In this document: in pieces, positions 36,846 through 50,300 of the stretch
How the letters are laid out: each line of letters begins with the position of its first letter
Position numbering within the stretch: the stretch's first letter is position 1
Assembly (NCBI RefSeq): GCF_018977255.1
Contig: NW_024704743.1
Span: forward strand, 35,342,001-35,406,000
Direction: 5' to 3'
Origin: Callorhinchus milii
Taxonomy: Eukaryota
Length of the DNA stretch: 64,000 nt
Position numbers and translations under genes: made by a program
The notes under the pieces: generated by a model
The model's database searches: none
Seen by the model: only the letters and a program-made list of their open reading frames with translations
Told to the model about the DNA's origin: nothing

Positions 36846-37511
36846 TGCCACAGTTTTACAAACGTTTTATGTGGCCTCAAAGGCAACAGGCTGTTGCTTT
36901 ACAGATCAGATACAGGAGGTTTAGGAATAAGCACGCTATATTGCTATAGTGTGCGTGCCTGGCTTTTCATACTGAAAATGTGTTGGAAGAGGTTCAGTGA
37001 TGTTTCTTAACTTCATTTGTATATGCTGAGGATATAAAAAGTTTTGATTACATTCGTCTTCTCTTACTTGGCAAGGAATCAGACCGTTGTCCTGAGGTCA
37101 TGGAAGAGCTGAGGTGACGTGTACCTAGCTCTGGAATATGCTGATGATATAGTACTGGACCCCGGAAAGAAGATCACTCTGTAATTAAGTTTTTATTTTT
37201 AACCACAATCAATTAGTTACTTATTAAGAGAAACATTAGATCAGAATCTCCCTCAAACTAAGAAGTCAAAAATGGAAATACTTTGCACTTTATGCTCAGT
37301 TCTCATTGTCATTAAGCAGAAATAGAATCTGACCAACAGCCAGGCTTGCGTTCCCAGACTTTGCTAAGATGCACAATCTCTTACATAAGGAACCGAATAA
37401 ATCTAATTCCTTGCCAAAGGCAAATGGAGCAGTGACCTTGGTTCCACACAAGCTTGCAATCTTTTCAGGTGCATTCACACCTTTGGAGTTCACACAGACT
37501 GTGGAAGCTGC

Positions 37512-37547
37512 CTTTGGCATAATCTTTGGCATAACCTTTGGCATGAT
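37512..37547. repeat. 12-bp tandem repeat x3
   Basis: ctttggcataat ctttggcataac ctttggcatgat. Confidence 0.85.
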
Positions 37548-37979
37548 TTTCAACGTGTTTTCAAATGGCTTCATGTTTTGCATGTGCAGAAGCTTTTAGA
37601 CTCAGCCAATGATTTGAATTCTTATAGACCTGAGTCCTGTGTTTGTTTTTCATTCCTTTGTCAAACATGGAGCATCTCAGGGTGGTGGTGTGATGTTACT
37701 TTTGGTATTACTGGGTTAGTGCCCTCTGGCCTTAAAGAAACTATATAAGGGAAATGAAGCCCCATGGGATTCTGGGATTATGTGTCCTGCTCTATGGTAG
37801 CAGATGTTCAAGCAACTCCTGCTTTGTGTGAGTTGGTAATGAACAGGTTCAATCTCCAGAGTTTATTGTGTATTAAGTGCTGATTTTTATGAAAGGATTC
37901 CAGCATAGCATTCAGATGGGTCAAGACCAAAGCCAATTGATTTTCCAATGAGAGATGGAATATGAGCTGCCTCACCCTA

Positions 37980-38255
37980 TAAACCAAGATCTTGTCTGCC
38001 TCTTCAGATCCATGCTAAAGATCCCATGGCACTATTCAAAAAGAGAAGGGAGTTTCTCTCAGTGTCCTGGCCAACAATCCCTTCAAATAAAACTGGTTAC
38101 TCACTCCATGCCTATTTGTTGGACATTGCTGCATGCAGCGCACTGCTGTGTTAGCTCACAAATATGTATTCAATCCACTTTACAGTGTTTCCTGTGAAGC
38201 GCTTTGAGAAGTCCTTCTGACGGATAAGGCAATATACCAAATGCGAAGATTCATT
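37980..38255 (+). mobile_element. DeuSINE-like element, 5'-truncated
   Basis: taaagatcccatggcactattcaaaaagagaagggagtttctctcagtgtcctggccaacaat (Deu-domain signature) plus L2-like tail. Confidence 0.85.
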
Positions 38256-39487
38256 AATAAGTTACAATTGGGTTTTCTAAAGCAGTGCTATCCAGACCTT
38301 CCTCCTCTTGTAAACAGGCCCTAATATAGAACAATAAGCTGGTCTTTCGGGAACCTCTGTCTGAGAACCTGGCTCTGTCATTACATCTTTTGAGTGGCAA
38401 GCTATTTCACCAATAGTTGGTATTATTTCATGGGCAAAGTTGCTTTGTATCATTCTGGCCTTGCATCCAAACTTGTATGTCCTGTCCATTTACGAACCCC
38501 ACTCGTGTTACTTTCACTGTGGCTCAGTGCCAAAGAGTTTCCAGAATACAAGGCTCATATCGTATCTGCAGAGAGCTTTCATTCTATACACTCGCAGACA
38601 TGTGGTTTCATGTGGTAAAGATGTTTAATGTTCTGCTATCTTGATTGTTGCACATTTTGTATCTAGGTGACCCTAGTTCTGTGAGATTTTTGTTTGACTC
38701 CAATTACCTATCACATTTCTTAGGTGTGTTTCCTTATATGCTCAAAATTGAATATATCTCAAGAAGTAGATGGTTTACTTACTTTCCCAATACAATGGTT
38801 CTCTGATCCAATATGCCTCCTTTCTTCCTTTGTGTTTCAAGGAGTGCTACTAAGTGATCTGAGAATGATCTTACTTCACTTAGAACATTTGCAAGTAGCT
38901 TTTTATATTACTTCAAATTTTAAAGTGCAAAATCCATTTACAGTTATTATTAGCTGATTTTGAGCTGGATACTATGGACTTTTCCTCTGAAGATTTATTC
39001 TCTTGGCATGTCTGTTGAAGCTGTTCTTCAGGATTCATCATCATTACTGAGCTCTTTTCTTGTAGTCACTGTTGGTACAAATCAAGTTACTGCTCTAGAA
39101 ATATCTCCAAATAACGATAGGGTTTACAGCTGCTACCTCGGGGTCACAGTGCAATCTGCCTGCTACATTTTTAGGAAAGACAGCCCTATCTATAATGATG
39201 AATAACTGTGGCTTTTAGAAGACAATGTTTTAAAAAGTTCCAGATGAGTGGAGAAAAAATATCTTCAACATTACAAAGTCGCAAGTCAGTGTTTCACTGG
39301 TTAGCATTTCAAATCATCCTATATCACAGGGTCTAAAAATGCCATTTTATTTCTTCAGCATTTAATGAAATAAAAGAACAAAAACTAATCAGATCAGCTG
39401 TTGCTTTAGGTCAGTTTCACTTCATCTGAAAAATGTGCCCTTATCAAGTTTCACTTTACAGTATAAGTTGTGGGCTCATCGCTGAGG

Positions 39488-39746
39488 TCAATTCCAGGCA
39501 GGGCGAAACCTTGGGCAAGTTTCCTTACTCCACACGCCTAATAGTAATCCCTCCAAAACAAAACAATAATAAATTGGTCATTTTCAATCCATGACTGTTT
39601 GTGGGACATTGCTGTGCGCAATTGGCTGCCGCGTTCGCCCACAAATATATAATCAATTCACTTTACATTGTGTTCTGTGAAGCGCTTTGGGACGTCCTCC
39701 CGACGTGAAAAGCGCTATATCAAATTCAAGGATTATTATTATTATT
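39488..39746 (+). mobile_element. SINE, short subfamily, head partly missing
   Basis: tcaattccaggcagggcgaaaccttgggcaag through the tail. Confidence 0.95.
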
Positions 39747-40491
39747 AATATTGTGTAGACCTCAAAATAAATTCTGGGTGTTTGTGGGGGAAAAAATACT
39801 TTCAACTCAGCTGTGGGTATACTGCGAAACCTTTGAATGTGGACCTATTTCTTAAAATCTGATTGAGTCACCATTGTGTAGCCTTGCTCTTTCACTTCCT
39901 CAATGTGTCACCACAAACGATTGTTTGGGCTCATGTCAGGACTCCATATTTGTGCCGAGAACACAAGTACTGCTGTTGTAATAGTAACATGTGAGCAGGA
40001 GGAGGCCTTTCAGGCCATCTATCTCAAGTACTTATCAAGTATTTATCTCCCTTTCAAACATCCCAACCAATTCTGCATCAATGGCCTTCTGCAGTGCTTT
40101 TCCGCTCAATTTTCTTCCAAGTCATTGTGTGGAAGAAATATCTGTCACAATTTTGTAGCCGGCTCACAGTTTGATCAGAACACATTGTGTTATTAGAGAG
40201 GACATACCCTGGCATGGATTAAGGCTTCCTGATTAAGACGCATAGTACAGGAGCAAGGGAGAGCTTTTCTCTACAGTGCCAAAGAAGTTGTCCATATCAT
40301 CACTTGGCAGATATAGATGTTGTAAAATAATGAAATAGTTGGTATTGCCAGGTGAATCTGAATCTTACCGAGGATTGCTACACTTCTGCCAGCTTTTACA
40401 GCTTTCTTAGCCACTTATTTGACCCCAACAAAGCATTACCAAGCCAACATTTGTAACTGTAGGAAGTTTGCAATAGAGATAGATAATGGGT

Positions 40492-40568
40492 CATCTCCAG
40501 CACTGAGAGGTTATAGCCAGCAACTCAATATAGTTGTTGGCTTTAACTTCTCAGTGATGGACAAGATG
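40492..40568 (+). other. Long hairpin (pre-miRNA-like candidate)
   Basis: 40501-40525 pairs with 40532-40556: 22 Watson-Crick pairs, 2 G-U, 1 U-U, 6-nt loop, plus a basal extension. The structure is clear; function is untested. Confidence 0.55.
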
Positions 40569-43239
40569 CACTGATTGTCTGTCCACAGCCGAGTGCTGCC
40601 TCAATTGCCAATAGTCATTTGCCTGCAATGGGAGTAGCTGGTTCCCTGGTTAGACTTTTGAAAATCTGAGCACTTCTGTCATTGAGTCTGGGATCATGCT
40701 TTTGAAGGCTTCTGCTTTTCTTGCCAATGATCTTGAATTGGCTGATTTGAGTTACTACAGTTTGAAGCTGCCATTAAGTTTCAAATGGTTTCTCAGCAAA
40801 CATGAGAGAGGAAATATCTGATATTTCGTAACATATATTATTATCACATTGAATTTGCTATGAAACTATACTGAAAGTCTGGTCATGAATGTGAATTCCT
40901 CCTGAACTTTTACACATTCAGAAAATGGTTAAACCCCAAGATTTCATTGGGCAAATTTGTCCTTGTTGGTTGATCATGATATTTTAATGCAACTTCCTAG
41001 GCACCAGTTTAACATCAGTATGATGTGAAGCATGGCTCAAACCCAGAGCTCAGAAATAACAATTATTATTAAGTTATTGGTAAATGGGAATCCAAGATGG
41101 CAGCAGTTAAGATCTTGAATCCAACTTTGGACTGAACCATTGTGTCAACTTGGAATTGGAGATGTTTTGCTTCAGTGGTCAGGCTAATTAAATAGGTGAG
41201 CAAATGTGCTTTTTTCACAATAGATTCAATGTCAAAATCTGTTATAAAACAGGATATTTTTTCCTCCCTGGTTTATTCAGTGGCCACTCCTATCTACAGA
41301 AATGTAGCCACGTGGTTTCCTTCTTCTCAAGAAGAGATTCTCTTAGAGTGCTGGAGGATAACAAGAATGGTGGGCTCCGGAGCCTGGCAACAACAACAAA
41401 TTACACTTGTATTACGCATTTCACATTGGAAAGACATCCCATGGCACCGAGGAAGGGAATGATGGACCCTGCAGCATGGCAGGGAATTGTGGACTTTGGA
41501 GTTGACCTCAAACTTGTACCTGAGCTGATGACTGAGGTCTTTTTGTTTTTGTCTTTTGGGCTTGGACCACAGAATATCCTTCCCTCTCCTTTTTATTACT
41601 TGATCCTCTGCTCAACTATCGCTTGTTCGTTCGTGCTGTTGTGTGTCTTTCATTAAAGCCATTTATAATTTCCTGCTCTCCTTTGCCTGTGGTGTTTGTC
41701 CAGGACATCCTCTATAGCAGCACACTTTGTAGGAGAACAGACAGTTTTGACCTTGTCATATAAAAAAAATACAAATATGATTTTTCTTTAAAGACAGTAA
41801 CAGGTTGAAAGGCAATTAATTTTCTTGGACTTTGGAGGAACAGGCTTCCGCTGAGGAGCTTAATGCAATTAACATTAATCGACTTTATCCATCATTGCTT
41901 GCCTTTTGCAGTGCAATTTATAACACAGATGCTTTATTTAATTGCTGCTATGTGTTCTGTACAGAACATTCTGTGCAGGGGGCTGTATTACTGGCTGTAT
42001 TTTTACTACCATGCTTCGGCAATTCAAGAGTGATATTTAGTTGTATGTTGTTTAGACTGAGGGATGCAGCATGAATGTTAAGAGATATTCATTTCAGCTT
42101 TTGAGTCTCAAGCCGAACTACTCTGTATTCTGTGTGATTATTGACTGTTACAATCAGGAATAATATGTTATCATGTAACGTATGTCAACGACTGGAAGTG
42201 GAATGATTTGCATACACAGTGATAAATTGTTTTGTGAAGTTAAATACCCTAGATACAATAAATCTCCCTTTTCCCTCCCCAAATAACCCTAAAATAAAAG
42301 TCACAGTAAATCCACAAGCCAAGATTTTATTTTCTTTCCTTTGCAACAGTTGTGTTTACAGACGTTCAGCTTAGTAAATCAACCCATTTGCCAGGTCATA
42401 TTTTCAAATTTTATGTTGCATTAGTTGCCATCCCACAAAGTGTTATCAACTGAATGCTGTGATTTTGTTGAATGTTTTGTGGCAGATCACTGTAATTTTG
42501 GTGATTTGCAGCCAAACAGGCGATATATGTGGGGGTTGAGGCAGCATGAATTGCACTGAAGTTCCTGCTGCTCACACCACCTGGAGGGGTTGTTTCACAC
42601 AGGGAAACCCAGTTATAGCCCTTTCAATAGAATGCTACCTTGCTTATAAATCAGGTCTACTGTGGAACCACATCAACCAGAGCATGGTATACCTGACTTC
42701 TGGCGCTGACTCTTTCAGGAGTATGTGGAAGGATGAAATTAACTTGATCCAAGGGCCTTTTTCATCCATAGGAACATGGATCGTCCTTCCATTCAATCCC
42801 TCAAGCCTGTTCCGCCATTCTTAGATCTTGGCTGCTAGGTACCTCAACTCCAACCCATGCTGCTCTTATGAGGAGCAGAGTAATATTTCTGGCTCAAATT
42901 CTTAACAATAAATTGTTTATTTTGAAGGTGAGGATTGTGTTTGATAAGTTTCAGGCAGCTGCCAGGAAGTATTTCTTTAAACAGAAGGTGATTAACAACT
43001 GGAATGGGTTACCGGGAATAGTGATAGAGGGCAGGACTGATTGAAGAAATGCTTGATGCTATGATGGGATAGATGATAGGGTGAATACTGTGGAAGGATG
43101 ATATTGACTGAGTCAAAGGGCTTTCTTCATCTATACTGTTCTTGTGCTGAAGAAAGTAACATTTTTCAGCTTAAAAAGTCAGTAAAATTGCCATTTTGGA
43201 ACTGAGGATTGTGTTTGGTTCAGGGAGATCAGTGCTATA

Positions 43240-43613
43240 GGTGGGTAATCTTGCTCAGTTTGCTTCCAAGTCAGAAGTTTCTGGGTTCAAGTCCAACGTT
43301 GGAACTTTGAATTCATAGTCTAGTCCATTGCAGTGCTTGGGGAGCATGGCATTGTCAAAGGTGCTTTTGTCCGAATGAGATGTTAAATTGAGCTTCGGTC
43401 TACCTGTTTAGGTGGACGTCAAAGATCCCGTACCACCATTTGAAAAGTGATTGAAGTTTCTCCCAATATCATGGCCAACAATCATCCAGATTAAATTGGT
43501 CATTAATTTCATGACTGTTTGTGGGACATTGCTGAGTCCAAATTGGCTGCCACGGTACCACACTTTACTGAAAAACTCCCTGAAGAGCTATATCAAATAT
43601 AAGGATTATTATC
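43240..43613 (+). mobile_element. Near full-length DeuSINE-like (SacSINE1-like) element
   Basis: Head agtcagaagtttctgggttcaagtcc (B box), gaatgagatgttaaattgag, ggtggacgtcaaagatccc, ctgtttgtgggacattgctg; tail gctatatcaaatataaggattatt. Confidence 0.8.
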
Positions 43614-43984
43614 AATACAAGCTGGAAAGTAAAGTACCTTAAAAAAGGCTGGATGATGCTGTTTGGGGTACTGTGGCGATGTGCATGTATTGGTTAGAAC
43701 ACTTCCTCAAGGCCCAGTGTATTTGATGCCCAAAAGAACACATCCCTGTTAATGAGACTTTTAAAGTTAGCTCAATAATTGATCTCATCCACTGAGGATT
43801 TCTTGTTCTAAATATTGGCACAATGCAGCACAAAAATAACAAACGTTAGACAGGAAGTATGGATCCCAGGTTCGACACAATAGCATATTGGTTACCTTTC
43901 AATTTGATGAGGAAAATGTGTGCTGTATATTTTAGCTTTCGGTAATTCCAAAGAACTATCCAGGTTGGCGGGACAAACAGAAAT

Positions 43985-44335
43985 TTTGTTATAACCTTGT
44001 TATAACCCAGTCTTCTGGGTCCAGTAGCTCAGAGGCTGCATTAGAAGTAGAGAACAAAAAAGAATGCCTTCCAGGTCGCTGCTGATCTCACTTCCTGCAA
44101 TGTTGCATATGTGAACTATGCGCAAGAATCATTGCTGCCCTCACTTCCTGCACAAGTAATGTCAGTAGCGCTTCCTACACATAAAGCACACATTCGTAAC
44201 ACTTCCTACGCATAGTGTGCAGTGGCAGGAAGTGACATCAAGTCACCCGACAATCTGGAAGTGCTGACCAGGGCCATTTGTTTTTGCGGGCACATTATGA
44301 CGCAGAATTTGAGCTTTAGAGTGTTACGGTGCTGT
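43985..44335. mobile_element. Decayed element related to the MITE at 20670, with repeated cttcct motifs
   Basis: cttcctacgcatagtg...gcaggaagtgacat parallels cttcctgcacatagtg...gcaggaaatgacat at 20878-20922; ttataac repeats. Confidence 0.5.
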
Positions 44336-44504
44336 AAATTTCCTGAATCACTTTTGAATTACTATAATTGCTATTCTTGTTTGTATTTTTTACAATTTGT
44401 TTTGAATCAAGTTTTAATATCACTTGGCTTTTTAGAACCAATAAATAATCCTTATATTTTGATATAATGTCTTTGATGTCAAAACATCTCAAAGCGCTTC
44501 ACGG

Positions 44505-44718
44505 ATAATAATAATAATAATAATCCTTGCATTTGATATAGCGCTTTTCACGTCAGGAGGACGTCCCAAAGCGCTTCACAGACCACACTGTAAAGTGAAT
44601 TGACTGTATATTTGTGGGCGAATGCGGCAGCCAATTGCGCACAGCAATGTCCCACAAACAGTCGTAGATTGAAAATTACCAATTTATTATTGTTTTTGGT
44701 TTTGGAGGGATTATTATA
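44505..44718 (-). mobile_element. SINE 3' portion (second tail fragment at 44445-44503)
   Basis: Near-identical to 61732-61950. Confidence 0.95.
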
Positions 44719-47069
44719 ATTGGTGTAATATGCAGTGATTGTGCATTTGTAGGCAACCATAGCATCAACTTTGCACATATCAACCCCCCGCCACCCCGAT
44801 TTAAACACAGGATTTCTCTCTTGACAGGAGCAATTTTCCATAGGATTGGAATTAACTTAAATGTAAATACAACTCGAAACAATGAATAAGAATGGCTCTA
44901 TTTATTTGGGGGGGTGGGGAATAGGATGATTTAATGTTCCAGGAACAATGTCTTAAGACTTAAGTGAAGGTTTTTACAAGAGGGATAAATCACTGCAACG
45001 AACAGGCTGATTTCTTACTCTTGTCAGTCTATAGAAATGAAGGCCCTTAGTGGAATATATTTTAGAAATAGCAGCGCCTTCTGATAATGGTTCGTGTTTG
45101 CAAAGTGCTGCTTTGAATTTCTTTATATAAAAAAAACAATAAAGTGCTGAGAATGGCCCTTTAGTCACTCAGACATCAAGACCATTTACAGATGAATGGG
45201 CTGATGGAAATGTATCTCTTCCTGCTACACTCCAGAGCTTGTTATCTTGCAATCCTTCCAAAGGACCTGAGTAAATATGGTGAATTCATATGTTGAAACC
45301 TCTTAGAGTAAATCCTGAAGAATGGTAATAAATGGAGAGGTGTATAAATAAAGCCTGGAGCTGTCATGGTGTGACACAGAAATCGTCTATATTTTATAAT
45401 GGTGGTCATGGATACCTCCATTACAACCTCTGCACATACTGCAAGCAGTAAACTATTTCAGATCGATCTTAATTGGCTGTTCTTGCACACACCAAGTCTG
45501 GTTCAGATTAATTTATTGTGAACATGCTCTTGAGAGGGTTTAGATTCGACCACCATAAAATGGATGGGCATCTGATTCAGACGGCTCATCGTAACCCAGG
45601 ACACTCCAAAATAACATTTGATTTGTGCTTTGTTTGTTTGCACAGGAAAACCAATTCAGACTGTCGAGGTGGAGAGAGCAGTGCTGTGATTGCATACAGG
45701 AAGCAAATTAGAACCGTTCTGTAGACAAGTTGCTTTATAACTTGCAAACTGTGCCCACTGGCAGCAACCTGGCAGTCAGCACTGAATTAGCACACTATTT
45801 GGTTAACCGTATGTGGGTAGTGTCTCTATTGTTCGTTTGTATGGATTCTACTTTTCTCCCATGACAACATGAAGCTGCTTCTTAAATGAGTTCAACATTC
45901 TGGTCTCAATACTCTTTCCTGGTAACCCATTGTAATTGTTGATTACCCTCTGTGCAAGGATGTCTGTTTTGAAATTACTCATCACAACCCTGAACCTGTG
46001 CCCTCTTATCCTGCTGCCTTGATGTTCTGAAAGTATGATTTTGGGTTGACTTTCTCAGTCCTGGTTAGCAGTAATTCAATGTATCGAAAACACAAACATA
46101 ACCATGGGTATTATCACTCCATGGGTTCTGATGAAGAGTCAATCCCCCAAAAGTTATGCTCTCTCTCAGGTGCTGATAAATGCTGTGCAACTGAAGCACT
46201 TTCTATTTTAATTTCTTATAACTCTGGCTTCCAGTGCCATTTGTAATAACATTTATGTTGTGAACCAAGTCAGAGTGCGCTCAACATTAAGGACAGAGCT
46301 TCAGACGGTACTTAAAATACTAAGACACAAGCTAAAGGTCCCGAACAAAGTAATAAGTGAAGGAACTTTACCTTGTAGAAGTTAACTTCCCGCCAGACCT
46401 CTCTTAAAGGTGTGAAGTGTGGAAACTGTACCTGTATGGTGCACTTCAGGTTGATTCTTTCTGAAGAAAGAGCACCATTTCTTTTTAAAAAAACTTAATG
46501 GTTAGAGCTTGCAATTTGATCCTCGGGGAAAATATTTGGTGAATAAAAATTGATGTCATTTGCATTGACAAATCAATATAATACATGTTTTTCAGTCTTT
46601 TTTGAGAATGATTACAGTGATTAGGGAGAATAAATCAAATTGGAATGTCTCTGAAGTGCTCTTCAAATGCTTATTCCTGCCAATTGTGCTGCATAATACA
46701 ATTCGAGTCAGTAGACATTCCACTCTATGAAGCAATAGTGTTATGCAGGACCTCAGGAAAGGATACTGTTCTCTCCAACTCTACTGTCTGGACATTGCAG
46801 GGAAATTCAAAACCACTCAAGATATTGCAGCATTAGAATCAACATCAATGATGTTACAGAAGGAAACAAATTCAATGCATTTTAATGGCCAAATAAAAAA
46901 TAATTATCTTAATTTATAGATAGTGAAGAGGAGAAACAGTTATTAATTGTTTGTGTAAATAGACTTTTTATTGTAAGAGTAATTACCAGTATTAAGAAAG
47001 ACGATTTCTCAACCCCTCGCCCATGGACAAACTAATTGATAACTTTAGAATCCATAGAGGTGAAAAGCT

Positions 47070-47320
47070 TGCTGGTCTGTGTTCAATTAGTAGGTCTCAG
47101 TCGGGGCACTACAACTGGCCTCAGCACTCCTGGGTTACAGATAGGAACATTGTGCCAGAGTTCCTTCTCCTGATCATTATCCAGAATCTCCTGATGGAAA
47201 GTGTGAATGTGAATTCAGGGGGAACAGGATTAGCTTCGACTGCCAAGCTCCATGAAGTTGAATTTCCAATGACACTCGCTGTCAAGGCTCACTCATGAAT
47301 AGCAATCATTTGGGCACCTA
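47070..47320 (+). mobile_element. Old SINE-like repeat (related copies at 23040-23335 and ~56945-57150, both minus)
   Basis: ggtctgtgttcaattagtaggtctcag...ctacaactggcctcagc...tcctgatcattatccag...aggctcactcatgaa. Confidence 0.5.
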
Positions 47321-50300
47321 GCGACTGGAACCAAATTTCAACAGAAAGGAAAAAGAGTAAAAAAAACTTAAAGGGAGTAAATTGATGGAAATTTTTATAT
47401 ATAAAAAAAAGGCTTGGATGAAGAAGGTCCTTCAACCAATTTGATCTCTTCCTTCCCTTACTTATCCTTAAAGTGTCATTTAAAGTAGTGTTACCTAGTG
47501 AGAGAATCTTTACTCACGCAGGTTAGATGATGGAACATTCAGTTGTTTTGTTTTTTTGGCACTCACGATCACTTGTACAGCAGATACGAATTTTGCTTCA
47601 CAGTGTTTAAAAACTGTAATTAGAGTACAGGCAGGAAATCATTGCTGGAACGGCTAAATTCTTTTTGTTGTTAATCCGGAGGCAGAAAGAAAATGTTGGC
47701 ATGAACTCAACTTGGGCTTCCCATTAAAGACTGGAAAACCTAAAGAGAAGCGTTCAAGGCAGTTGCAGAGTCACAGAAAGTGACTGCCATTCCCCAAGGC
47801 GCGAATTGGTGTGAGCCCCAGGTTCTTATAATTTTGCAACTGATACATTCAAAGCAACTGGATTTGCCTGTTGCATGCATTTTGGCAGAAAACAGAATGA
47901 TATATTCGAAGATGTGCATCAGGAAACAATGCAATATATTACCCAAATCATCCAAACTCCACAAACATGACTGAGTTATGATGGCTGCGTGGATGGTGAT
48001 AAATTACCAGTCTTGTGGAGTTTGTTTATCATATGTGCAGCCTCAATTTTTCTTTGTTGAAAGAAAGTGGTTCTGTTATTTTCTTCCTGAGCTCCAGTGG
48101 TTCATGTGCCTTAGGCTATGCTTCATGTCAAACAATGAATGAAGTTTGTTCCTGGCACTGACAAGTCCAAGACAATGTTATGGTGACCTGAAGTGGCAAC
48201 ACGTTACTAGCCAAGATTTGGATTGAAAGGTCCAAACTGCTATTGGGCATCCCTGTAGTGTTTCAGTTTGGTATCTCCTTGGCTTTAGTGACCTCCTATA
48301 GAACTCAGTGAATTTCTGCCATGAAGTCGGGTGGAGATGAACTCTCCTCCTTTGGTTTTGGACAATAATTGTTTCACCATGTTTCATGTTCCTAAATCAG
48401 AGAGATCTACGAGGGGCAAGCCATTGTAAAACCAGAATGCTTAATTGCACAAGTTCACTGTAAACTTTAGGTGCTGACCAAGTCAATGGACCAAACTGGT
48501 CTATTGAGCAAGAGCTGATTGCCTACAAGATTGGCGAGACTTTTGTTCCAAACTCTCTCATGAGGTCATCAATACAGAACAACAACAACTTGTATTTATA
48601 TGGCGACTATCATGTAGGATAATGTCTCAGAGCAGTTTGTAAACAGGTTTACACATAGTGAGAAGTATTAATTGTTTCTGTGAGCCCAGAATACATTTCC
48701 TTAGAAAACTATCTGTGGGAATTTTAAAGGTGTTTTTGGAAGAATCCAACTGGCATTTATTCATGGTCCTACCAAGTCAAGAAATACATCCTATTTGGAT
48801 TCTTCCAAGAGTACCTTTAAATTTCCCACAGATAGTTAGTTTTCTAGAGAAACAAATTGAATGTGGCAAACCTTGTATGTAAGTTGCATCAGTACGTTGC
48901 TTTTCCTTCCGTACTGTGTCCTCAACAGGCACTCGGTGATACATTTGCAGGTTGTAATTGAGACTAGTATAGCAGGATCTTGAGGATTCTAAAAAAGGTA
49001 ACTATTTCTGCTGTGGATAGCTAGCACCATAGTTGTGAAATTCAACAACAAGGGAAAGAGGCACACATTTATTGCACTTTATAGTGGGGCCTTGGACATC
49101 TTGACATCAGTACAGACACAACCAATCTGTCATCTTGATGGATAAAACTGTGTAATCTACAGTCTCCAGTAGCTGACTTTTCAACTTGCTCATAATATGA
49201 CAGCACTCACTTATAAAGAGTTTGGGATTTGCCTGACTGAGAGGCAGACAAAGAAAATGGATAATTTGGAAATGGACAAAATATACTGGATAACAAACTA
49301 CTGCATTTGCCTATGGCAGTGAACAAGATTTACAAATTCTTGCCTTACACTTGGTTCTTAATGTTTCTTGATTCCTCTCTGATGCTCAGTGAATTTCTCT
49401 TTAGTTCTCAGTTCTCCTTTCATGTCTATCATTATTCTCTTTCTTGCCTCTGTATCTGTTTAGGCCTTCCCTACTGTATGACTGCCTCCTAAACTTCCAA
49501 CTTAACTGAATTATTACATTGAATTTACAGATTCTTTTTCCAAAATACTTCAAAATGTTTTTTTAAAATAGGAGAAATCCAACTTTAAAAATAAGGTATA
49601 TTTTGCACATTAGGTTACCAAAAAGAGTAATGGAAGTGGAACTTAAATCAGCAAGTTTGTGCGGAATTCTATGTATAATTTCTTTTGTACTTGCAGTTTG
49701 CACTTTCTGCTTGATCATTCAAACCTTTTGGTAACAACAGAATTTAATATTTTCTGTAGTAGGGTTTGGTCAGTGTATAATTATTATGAACTCAATTGGG
49801 TTATTGTAGACTGAAAACAAAATCATAACTTCCATCTTATTGAAAGTTGAGATTGTTATTATGGAAGATCTATATAAGTTGCAAATGTGAAAAGGATGCC
49901 TCCAACGATGTACAGTCAAATACAATATAGAACATATCACCAGATTGTTCTCAACAAACAATATGTGGTAATTCTCAATTAAAGGAAAATGAGGGATCTT
50001 ATCTTTTCATCTCCACATACTGAATACAATATTCAGTTTTCGACCACTCTTTATAAATGGACCCAGGTATAACTTGTAACCTGGTTCTGGCCACCAAATA
50101 GATTGTCTACTGACAGACAATTAGATTGCAAGGTGAAACATCACAATATTGGTTTCACTTCCTATGCTCTCAGACACACCAATAATGTTTATTGAAAATC
50201 TCTAATGGGCGCCACTCATCCTATGGTTTCCCCCCCAAAAAGGGTTGCAACCTTTTCGTTTTCTATTCTGTAGCTAATTTGTTTTATTTCAGTATATTGA

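Noticed and set aside
37296..37599. Overlapping ORFs with repeated IMPK / FGII
   Set aside because: Explained by a 12-bp tandem repeat; no recognisable domain or splice context.
41204..41656. 150-aa ORF
   Set aside because: No recognisable motif and composition typical of non-coding DNA.
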